Shown: piece by piece, positions 22,689-30,082 of the stretch
Numbering within the stretch: position 1 is the stretch's first letter
Layout: every line of letters begins with the position of its first letter
NCBI GenBank assembly: GCA_963718915.1
Contig: CAVRAI010000003.1
Location: 840,001-872,000, forward strand
Source: an uncultured Chloroflexia bacterium
GTDB lineage: Bacteria; Chloroflexota; Ktedonobacteria; Ktedonobacterales; JADMIN01
DNA: 32,000 nucleotides
Direction: 5' to 3'
The notes under the pieces: model-generated
Told to the model about the DNA's origin: nothing
The model's input: only the letters and a program-made list of their open reading frames with translations
Database searches by the model: none
Position numbers and translations under genes: made by a program

Positions 22689-25442
22689 ATGACGATGAAC
22701 AGAGGTGATGGCATGGGCGACACTGATATGACACTTAACGCGGCCAATGGAGCGGAAGACAGACCACGATCAGCGGCAGAGTCGCAGATAGAAGTGCCGT
22801 CGCTCAACATTTTTCTTGGCAGTACTCCAGCGTACTCGGCCCTGGAGATGATGCGCCAGCTTGTCCATCTCTCGCCTTCTGACCATCGGCGCGTCGCGCT
22901 GGTCTTCCTCGATATCGACTCGCCCCCGGCGGAGGTTCAGCAGTTCCGCCAGGAGCATCTGGGCGTGCTGCGCGAGTTTGATCTGCGCATCTCGGTGGCG
23001 CACGGCGTTGTCTACGCGGACCAGTTGCCGCAGCCCATCGCGACCCATACCTACATCCCTACCAAAATCCCTGAGTCGTTCGATAACGGCGCGGGTGGCA
23101 TCCGCAACAACGGACACGTCGCCGCCGCAACCGACCGCGCCAAAATCGATCAGCTGCTCGAAGAGGCGCTCTCCGCGATTGGGGCGCTGCCTCCGGAGCG
23201 TGGGGCGCGCCCGGTGAGCGAGGTGCAGGTGAATATCGTCGCCTTCCTGGGCGGCGGCACCGGCAGCGGCATCCTGGGCGATGTCGCCGTAATGGCCCGA
23301 CATCGCATCTTGCAACGGAATCTCAAACACCGCCTGAATATCTTCTGCCTGCTGCCAGAGCACGTCCGCGAGGCGACCACCAATGACGTGAGCTGGCGCA
23401 AGAGTAACGCCACCGCGACCCTGATGGAGCTGATCGCGCTCAGCCTGGTGCGCGAGAATCGAGGTGGCGCGCGCTACACCAAATATATGGCGGAGACGCC
23501 CTATGAGGTGCGTGGCGAGACCATCGCCAACGAGGTCTATCTCTTCGGCAAAACTTCGATGGTCTCAGCGGAAGACGCGGCGCGCATTATCGGCCTTGAT
23601 CTCTATATGCGGGTGACCAACGCATCGGGTGTCGGCTTCCTCGAACGCTCTAAAGCCGTTGACCGCCGCACGCTCGGCAACTTCGACCGCACCGGCCTGC
23701 CGACGATGTTCGGCACCACCTGCCCGCTGGAGGTCGCCTTTCCCGCCATCGAGACAGCAACCGCCTTTGCCCGGCTGACCGCCTCGAAGGTGCTGCCGCT
23801 GCTGGCGCGCGACATGAGCGAGGCGCGCGGCCAACTGAACGCGAGCGATTTGGACGAAGTGAAAGAGTGGGACAGAGCGTTACAGCCAGAGGATCCGCCA
23901 CCCTTCAGCGATAAGAGCTTCCAGACGGCGGGGCGCGACCGGCTCGATATGTTGGAGGCGCGGCTGAGCAAGCAGGTGCAGGAGGCAACCGACGAGATTG
24001 CCGAACTGGCGGAGCAGAAGGAAGAGGAAGAGAAGAAGCGTATCTATAGCGCCGCGCTGGAGCCGCTCGGCGTGCAGATCGCCCGACTGGAGACGCGCAA
24101 GCGTATCTATAGCGCCGCGCTGGCTCGCGTGCAGGATCAGAATGTGCCCAGCAAGGGACGCCCCGACCGCCAGCTCCAGCGCAAACTGCTCCGGCCGCTG
24201 CCACTGCCCGGCGCAAAAGACCGCAACGTCGCCGCCGTCACCGACGACTTCAACCGCGTTCAGCGGCGGAATGTGCGCAACGAGTATCTGACGCGCAAGA
24301 AGCGCCTGCTGACCAAACTGCTCGAATATGTCAACGCCGAGTTGCAGCACGTCAAGCGCTTCCAGGGGGATGTCGAGGTCGATCAGTCGGCGCGCGACCT
24401 GGAGAAGCTAGCCACCTCGTCGTCGGCCTGGCGCGGCGAGTTGGACAATACCCACATTCACCGGCGCCACGTCTTCGATCTACCCGGCATGCCCGGCATG
24501 AATACGGGCGGGCTATCGTCGCCGCCGGTCGAGCGCCTGTACGAGCACATGACCTCGCGCGACCTGCCCTCCTATGCGCAGCGCTTTACTGAGTGGATAC
24601 AGACGCGCCACGGGGCCGATGCGGCGCTGGCGGCGGGCACGGGCAACGAGCTACGCGACCGGCTGGTGCAATATCTACGTGACGAGGTCTATCTCAAGCG
24701 GCTGCTGGAGATGAATCTCTTCGATTTGCTGGAGGTCTGCTGCGTCGAGTCGGGTGAGCGCGCCGATCACAAGATCGAGAATATCTTGCTGGCGCATCTG
24801 CAACACATCAGCGGCCTGGCCCGCGAGCTGGTGGCCTTCGAGGCGCAACTCTGGCACGAGGGCAGCGGTATGCTCAGCACCAGCCTCTACATGGGGATGA
24901 GTTGGAAGAGCGGCTTTCAGCGGCGGATTCTGGATCGCGCGCGCGGTCGGCTCGGCGCCATCGCCAAAGAAGGCGCAAGCCCAATGCTCGCCAGCGCGAT
25001 TGACCCGCACCGGCTGCAACTGGCCTATGGGCAGCACGCCATCAGCCTGGGCACCATTCCCGATTTCTATCAGGAAGCCAACAGCAGCATGGGCGAGTTC
25101 CTGCGCCACCAGTCATACTGGTTTGTCGATGGCAGTAAGCAATCGTATGGTCGGAGCCGAGCGCCCGTCTTCAGTTCCGGCGAGATGGAAAAGCTGGTGA
25201 TGGATCCTAATGCGCTTCTCGATGGTAAAAGCACGCTGCCAGCGCGTATCATCCGACAGGTACAGCGTGGCGCGGGCGATGCGCCCACGTGGGCGACGAG
25301 CCAGCCGGGCAGCGCTTACGCCCCGACGGCGCCCACCGCGGCATCCAACGGGCAGTATCCGCCACAGCAGCCAACGTATCCGCGTGGCGGCGCTAGCGGT
25401 ACGAGCGGATATGGGAGCGGCGGTGGCGGGTCGAGCTTCTAG
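22689..25442 (+). CDS. large tubulin/FtsZ-superfamily-like GTPase domain protein with coiled-coil region and Gly/Ser/Tyr-rich tail
   Basis: T4 signature GGGTGSG (23250-23270) matches the PROSITE tubulin pattern. T3-like FDNGAGGIRNNGH (about 23079-23120). E/K/R-rich helical middle. C-terminal tail QYPPQQPTYPRGGASGTSGYGSGGGGSSF. Alternative start ATG 22713, preceded by GAGGTGA. Confidence 0.8.
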   Translation: MTMNRGDGMGDTDMTLNAANGAEDRPRSAAESQIEVPSLNIFLGSTPAYSALEMMRQLVHLSPSDHRRVALVFLDIDSPPAEVQQFRQEHLGVLREFDLRISVAHGVVYADQLPQPIATHTYIPTKIPESFDNGAGGIRNNGHVAAATDRAKIDQLLEEALSAIGALPPERGARPVSEVQVNIVAFLGGGTGSGILGDVAVMARHRILQRNLKHRLNIFCLLPEHVREATTNDVSWRKSNATATLMELIALSLVRENRGGARYTKYMAETPYEVRGETIANEVYLFGKTSMVSAEDAARIIGLDLYMRVTNASGVGFLERSKAVDRRTLGNFDRTGLPTMFGTTCPLEVAFPAIETATAFARLTASKVLPLLARDMSEARGQLNASDLDEVKEWDRALQPEDPPPFSDKSFQTAGRDRLDMLEARLSKQVQEATDEIAELAEQKEEEEKKRIYSAALEPLGVQIARLETRKRIYSAALARVQDQNVPSKGRPDRQLQRKLLRPLPLPGAKDRNVAAVTDDFNRVQRRNVRNEYLTRKKRLLTKLLEYVNAELQHVKRFQGDVEVDQSARDLEKLATSSSAWRGELDNTHIHRRHVFDLPGMPGMNTGGLSSPPVERLYEHMTSRDLPSYAQRFTEWIQTRHGADAALAAGTGNELRDRLVQYLRDEVYLKRLLEMNLFDLLEVCCVESGERADHKIENILLAHLQHISGLARELVAFEAQLWHEGSGMLSTSLYMGMSWKSGFQRRILDRARGRLGAIAKEGASPMLASAIDPHRLQLAYGQHAISLGTIPDFYQEANSSMGEFLRHQSYWFVDGSKQSYGRSRAPVFSSGEMEKLVMDPNALLDGKSTLPARIIRQVQRGAGDAPTWATSQPGSAYAPTAPTAASNGQYPPQQPTYPRGGASGTSGYGSGGGGSSF
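24036..24123. repeat. in-frame 63-bp-period internal duplication in the tubulin-like gene
   Basis: The 25-mer AAGCGTATCTATAGCGCCGCGCTGG occurs at 24036-24060 and 24099-24123. It encodes KRIYSAAL twice. Confidence 0.9.
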
Positions 25443-26096
25443 CGCGGGCGTGATGTAGTTTCACGTATTACACAGAACAGCGCGCATCGTGGCGGGCGCG
25501 GCAGGCCGTAGCATAAATGCTACGGCGAATGGGCAGAGCGGCGCGTGGGGGCCGGGAAATTCGCCGGGGCCTTTGGGCTTCCGGCTTGCTCGCCTAGCAC
25601 GCGGTCTAGCACGCGGTTCGGAGTTAATTCGTACAGTTCATCATGCGCCAGGGCCGCCAGCCAATCCCGCCATTGGCGCCGAAACCGAAAATACCCATAG
25701 TACGTACATACGAGGGGCGTGATTCCGTCTCCCTCATGGAACGAAGTATTTTAGTAGATGTAGTAGGCGGCGTTTTTACTCTGTAACAGGGGCAAGGTTC
25801 GTGGTTGGGCGGGTTCGCGGCATGAATGCCGCGGCTAATCCCGTTCGATGAGCATTCCGCTACGTGGCAAGAGGGTGAATTGCCGCAGGATTAGCTGTAG
25901 TCTTCAGGCTACGGCGCGGTACGAGCAGACGAACGCTGCGATTCATCCCAGGGGTCATACCGGATCGCGGTCTGGAGAGCCTGCGCAGGCAGGCTTTGCG
26001 GCGTAGCCCTTAGGCGCGGCTTTAGCCGCCAGCCGCCCTACGGCGGGGATTCATACCGAATAGCAGGCAAAGACAGGCATAGGCAAGGAGCAGAGC
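25443..26096. other. 654-bp non-coding spacer rich in short perfect hairpins, palindromes and a 12-bp x2 tandem repeat
   Basis: GCCGTAGCA-TAAA-TGCTACGGC (25505-25526). CTAGCACGCGGT x2 (25594-25617). CGCGGCAT/ATGCCGCG (25816-25833). GCTAATCC...GGATTAGC pairing across about 45 nt. GCCTGCGCAGGC palindrome. GCGGC-TTTA-GCCGC. No convincing ORF. Confidence 0.6.
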
Positions 26097-26378
26097 GTGG
26101 CAACCTCGACGCCGATTCGCTTCCGACCAACGATCGTCCTCTGTGTGGGCGACCGTGGCCGCGAGGTGGGCGCGCAACTCTCCATGCTCTTGCCAGGGCT
26201 GGATGGCGCGCGTCAGGCGGGTATCGCGCTGCTCACGGTCGATGACGACGCGACGATGACGGCGCGTTGCTCGGCGCCTGGTACGATCCGGGCCTCAGCG
26301 CCGTCGCCAGCCTACCCGGCCCCCTACCCGACGATACGCCCATCAGCATTGATCGCCGCCCGTTACCAACCCTCGTGA
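26097..26378 (+). CDS. probable true 5' end of the downstream tubulin-like paralogue, in a different frame (only the first ~55 codons look genuine)
   Basis: GTG 26097 has AAGGAG 6 nt upstream. PTIVLCVGDRGREVGAQLSMLL...AGIALLTVDDD aligns with LNIFLGSTPAYSALEMMRQLVHL...RVALVFLDIDS of the upstream paralogue. Confidence 0.4.
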   Translation: MATSTPIRFRPTIVLCVGDRGREVGAQLSMLLPGLDGARQAGIALLTVDDDATMTARCSAPGTIRASAPSPAYPAPYPTIRPSALIAARYQPS

Positions 26379-28762
26379 CGGAAGGACTGCGCGGCCAGCA
26401 CTACGAGCACTACGTGCGCTCGACGCCAGAAACACAGGTGCGCCGTGGCGTGCTGGACGACGCCGTGGTGGGACACATCCGCGACAATGGCTATAGCGTG
26501 CCGCGAGCGATGGCGGTTGTCTGGATCGCCGCCGCCGCCGATTCGCCGCTGCTGCTCGATGTCGCGCGGGATGTGCGTACCTCCATGCGCAGCGAGAGCG
26601 TCGAGTCGTGGGTATTGCTGGCGCTGACCAATACCTACCCACACGATCCCGCCGAGCATCTGGCGCAGGAAGAGCGCGTCGCCGATCAGCCGTGGCGCGA
26701 GCTACTGCTGGGAGATGAGAAGCCTGCCCAACCAAGTCACCAGCCCGGCCAGTTCAGCCCTTCCAAAGAGCCGCCGCTGGCAACCTACTCCTATATCTTC
26801 GAGACGCACGACGAGAAGGGCCATTTCTGGGAAGGCCCGGATGAGGTCGCCTATGGCGCGGCGGAGGCGATTTTCGTGCTGACCGCCACTGGTATCACCA
26901 CCACGCGCGAGTACGAGGAGACCCTGCGGCGGGCTACACCCAACATGGTGCGCCAGCCGTTCGAGCGGATGAGCAGCGTGGGCACAAGCCGCCTGACCTT
27001 CCCGCGCGCGCAGGCTGAGCTGTACTGCGCCAGCCGCCTCGGCGCGACCATCCTCGACGAATGGGCGCCGGAAAAAGCCGCCGACCTCTCCGACCAGGAC
27101 CAGCGCCGCGAGGCCGCCGAGGCCCGGCGCTACCTGAACGGCATCAACGGCGAGATGCGCGATAGCGACACTGTGGTGGCAGCGCTCCGCCACAATGAGG
27201 GACGCCGTTCGCGCCGCCACTCGCGCGAGCACCAGCTGCCGCCGGATGACGCCGCCAAAACATTGGTCTACCGCCACTTCAGCCCGGCGGTGGTGCGCCG
27301 CTATATCACCGCCCGCACCGACGAGCCGACCGCGCTCGAAAACCAGCTTCCGCGCGCCGAGGAGGGCTTCGCCGCCTGGCAGGAGGTCGTCAAGCCAGCG
27401 TGGGAACGTTACGGCCACGAGACCGAGCGCGCGCTCTCGACCAGAACCAACGAGCAGGTGCTGGAGGGCGCCATCGGCGTCGAACGCGCCTATGCCTACA
27501 TGGATGGTCTGAATAAGGCGCTGCTGGCCGAACAGGAGAATCAGACGCTCGGACGCGGCGCACGCAACGCGCGCTATCTGCGCTTTCTGGAGACGCTGGA
27601 AGATGAGAGCAAAGGCCCATGGGAGGCCGATATCATCCGCCAGCCCGACGAGCCGGAGCTGACCCGTGAGGCGGCGCTGATCGAGCGACTGGCGGCGCGC
27701 TATCGCTGGCTGAAGCGCCACCGGCCCGCCGTCGCAACCTTCGTCGGCGCGGGACTGCTGATCGTCCCGATGCTGACCTTGCTGCTAGATGCGATTCTGG
27801 CCGCTCCAACTCGCGGCGGTCTGTTCTCGCTGCCGTTGCTCGCCGTCTACTCGGTTGCGCTGGTGGCGCTGGCCTCATGGGGCTATGCCGCCTGGCGGCG
27901 ACGGCAACGCGAGGATGCTCTTGCCGATCTGCGCAAGGTCTATCGCACGATGTATCGTTACCGCTGCGACGAATACGAGGATGAGTTACGGGCGGAGGCG
28001 CTCCAGGGTCTGCGCCAGCGGGCGGAGCGCATTCTGGATCGGCTGGCGAACTGGGAGCGCTTCATCGGCGAGGTTGCGCGCACCCTGCGCGACGAGGCCG
28101 ATAGCATCGAGCTGCGCCTTTTCAACGGCGCGGTCGGGCGGCGCGATATTCTGGTGGCGAACCGTCGTCGGCTGCGGCTGGACGGCTATTCGCTACGACG
28201 CTTCGAGGAAGACGTGAGCAAGCTGCGCCAGATTCGGCCCATCGAGGGTTCGCCGTGGCACAGCAACCAGCATGAACTACTGCTTCAGCTACGCGCCCGT
28301 CTGCATATGACCGCCAGCCTGGTAGATTCGCCGGTGCTGGCGCTGCTCCCGCCGATTCGCGAGTATTGCCACGAGATTGTGCGCCCGTATCTCACGGGCG
28401 ATCTGGTCTACCTGAGCGGTGCGCTTGATGCGCTGCCCGCCGATTCGTCGAACAGCCTCTTCGATACACTGGTGGACCGCTCGGTGATCCTCTATCAGCC
28501 GGAGGATCAGCCACGCGCGGCCACGGTCTTCATGGCGGCGCGTGAGGAGGATAGGCTCGCTATTCTGCGCACGAGCAAACAGCGCGGGCTGGTGACGCTT
28601 GGCCTGGAGGATCGCGAATGGCTGGCGACGCTGCGGCTGCTCCCCGGTGGCACGACGCCGACATTCTGGCGCCATCGCACCGTTCACACCCATCCCTCGC
28701 TGCCAACGCCCGACTGGGCTTCCGACTCCATCACGATGCAGCGTGGAAGAACACAAGGATAG
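26267..28762 (+). CDS. tubulin-like paralogue with a degenerate nucleotide-binding motif and a central two-helix TM hairpin
   Basis: Collinear similarity to 22689-25442: VVWIAAAADSPLLLDVARDV vs VNIVAFLGGGTGSGILGDVAVM; SSVGTSRLTFPRAQAELYCASRLGATILDEW vs MFGTTCPLEVAFPAIETATAFARLTASKVLPLL. TM helices VATFVGAGLLIVPMLTLLLDAIL and LFSLPLLAVYSVALVALASWGYAAW. TTG 26267 has no SD, so the true start is probably 26097 via a frame change. Confidence 0.75.
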   Translation: MLGAWYDPGLSAVASLPGPLPDDTPISIDRRPLPTLVTEGLRGQHYEHYVRSTPETQVRRGVLDDAVVGHIRDNGYSVPRAMAVVWIAAAADSPLLLDVARDVRTSMRSESVESWVLLALTNTYPHDPAEHLAQEERVADQPWRELLLGDEKPAQPSHQPGQFSPSKEPPLATYSYIFETHDEKGHFWEGPDEVAYGAAEAIFVLTATGITTTREYEETLRRATPNMVRQPFERMSSVGTSRLTFPRAQAELYCASRLGATILDEWAPEKAADLSDQDQRREAAEARRYLNGINGEMRDSDTVVAALRHNEGRRSRRHSREHQLPPDDAAKTLVYRHFSPAVVRRYITARTDEPTALENQLPRAEEGFAAWQEVVKPAWERYGHETERALSTRTNEQVLEGAIGVERAYAYMDGLNKALLAEQENQTLGRGARNARYLRFLETLEDESKGPWEADIIRQPDEPELTREAALIERLAARYRWLKRHRPAVATFVGAGLLIVPMLTLLLDAILAAPTRGGLFSLPLLAVYSVALVALASWGYAAWRRRQREDALADLRKVYRTMYRYRCDEYEDELRAEALQGLRQRAERILDRLANWERFIGEVARTLRDEADSIELRLFNGAVGRRDILVANRRRLRLDGYSLRRFEEDVSKLRQIRPIEGSPWHSNQHELLLQLRARLHMTASLVDSPVLALLPPIREYCHEIVRPYLTGDLVYLSGALDALPADSSNSLFDTLVDRSVILYQPEDQPRAATVFMAAREEDRLAILRTSKQRGLVTLGLEDREWLATLRLLPGGTTPTFWRHRTVHTHPSLPTPDWASDSITMQRGRTQG

Positions 28763-28773
28763 GTGGCGCGCCG

Positions 28774-29370
28774 ATGATGACGGACCCCTACGGCCAGACG
28801 AATCCGAGACCGGCAAATGGCGCCATGACGCCCGCGCAGATTCCGCCGGTGGGCCACATCTCGCCACGGATGCTGCTGGCAGTGGCCGCGATCTACAATC
28901 CGGCGATTCTCATCGGCTACTTCCTCTATATCTACGGGCCAAGCAATAGCTGCGTGCTGGGCGGTCTCTGCGGTTTCGGCGATTTTCCCGGCATCATCCA
29001 GCTTTTCCTGCTGATCGTCGGCGCTGGCATCTTCACAGCAGTCGTTTTCGTGCCGCTCTGGTGGCTGCTGGATGAGGCGCGTCCGGCCCGCGACATCGTC
29101 TCCCGCACCGCCCGCGATATGATGCGCTTCGTCACGATTCGCCCGCTGATGGTCGGCTACGGTGTTATTCTGGCGCTGCTGCTCATCATTGGCCTGCTCG
29201 TGCACCGCGTCCCGCCGTCACTCTTCCTGCTTGGCCTCTCGTCGACGATCATCTGCTTCTGGTGCGCCGCCAGCCCGGAGTTCACTCCCCCGCCACCTGC
29301 CTCACCGCCACAGCAGCGTCCTCGTCCCGCCAGCAGTGTCCTCCCGCGCGATCCACCGCCGCCGCTATAG
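28774..29370 (+). CDS. four-TM membrane protein with Pro-rich C-terminal tail
   Basis: ATG 28774 lies 12 nt after the upstream stop (28760-28762). Four hydrophobic helices. Tail PPPPASPPQQRPRPASSVLPRDPPPPL. The upstream part of the 250-aa ORF overlaps the previous gene. Confidence 0.7.
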   Translation: MMTDPYGQTNPRPANGAMTPAQIPPVGHISPRMLLAVAAIYNPAILIGYFLYIYGPSNSCVLGGLCGFGDFPGIIQLFLLIVGAGIFTAVVFVPLWWLLDEARPARDIVSRTARDMMRFVTIRPLMVGYGVILALLLIIGLLVHRVPPSLFLLGLSSTIICFWCAASPEFTPPPPASPPQQRPRPASSVLPRDPPPPL

Positions 29371-29482
29371 CGAGCGGACAGCAAGTATGGAGTCAACAAC
29401 GATGGACGATTGCAATCACTCCCGCGGTGAACTGGGACTATGGCCATCTCTTCTTCAAGCGTCCCAGGCCCTAAATAAAGCA

Positions 29483-29520
29483 ATAGGCGAGGGTGTGTGA
29501 TACCCTCGCCTATGTGTTGT
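29483..29520. terminator. bidirectional terminator hairpin between convergent genes
   Basis: Perfect 12-bp stem ATAGGCGAGGGT (29483-29494) / ACCCTCGCCTAT (29502-29513), 7-nt loop, then GTGTTGTTG. Confidence 0.6.
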
Positions 29521-29557
29521 TGCGCTGATGTTGCTGAGTCAGACTCAGCGTGTCAGG

Positions 29558-29848
29558 CTACCAGTCGTTGCGACGACCGTATCCCCCACCGGAGCGCTCG
29601 GGGCGCGGCTGCGCCTCGTTCACACGAATGCTCCTGTTGTCGAGCGTCGTCCCATTGAGGGACGCGATCGCGTTGCGTGCGGCGGTATCGTCAGACATCT
29701 GAACAAAGCCGAAGCCCTTGCTGCGACCAGTATCACGGTCAATCACGACCGAAGCCTCGACGACCTCACCATACGCGCTAAAAATCTGAACCAGCTGCTC
29801 GTTGTCAGCTGAATAGGGCAGGTTGCCCACGTAAATCCGGGTGGCCAT
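29558..29848 (-). CDS. RRM-type RNA-binding protein (glycine/arginine tail)
   Basis: RNP-2 IYVGNLPY and RNP-1 KGFGFVQM. ATG at 29848 is preceded by GAAGGAGGGAG. Confidence 0.9.
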   Translation of the reverse strand: MATRIYVGNLPYSADNEQLVQIFSAYGEVVEASVVIDRDTGRSKGFGFVQMSDDTAARNAIASLNGTTLDNRSIRVNEAQPRPERSGGGYGRRNDW

Positions 29849-30082
29849 GTGGCTCCCTCCTTCAAGCAGAATCATGCCGACGCACTGATGGCGTCAGCGT
29901 CCAATACTCCGTGACAAGTCAATCTGTACAGCACTCGCAGACTCATGGAGATTCTTGCTGAGGAGAGAAACTCGATCAGGCAGAGGTTACCAAGAAGAGT
30001 TACATCGTGCATTCGCGATCAACTACGAAGGTAGTATAACACATCTGGCGGATCATTGCCGACGTTCATGTTGCGCGAGTAT

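Noticed and set aside
25489-25722. 77-aa ORF inside the long spacer.
   Set aside because: It is Gly/Ala/Pro/Arg-rich, overlaps several hairpins and repeats, and has no SD. It is most likely non-coding.
26241-26267. Programmed -1 ribosomal frameshift joining the 26097 and 26267 frames.
   Set aside because: I could not see a canonical slippery heptamer or a downstream pseudoknot. An indel or assembly error is the simpler explanation.
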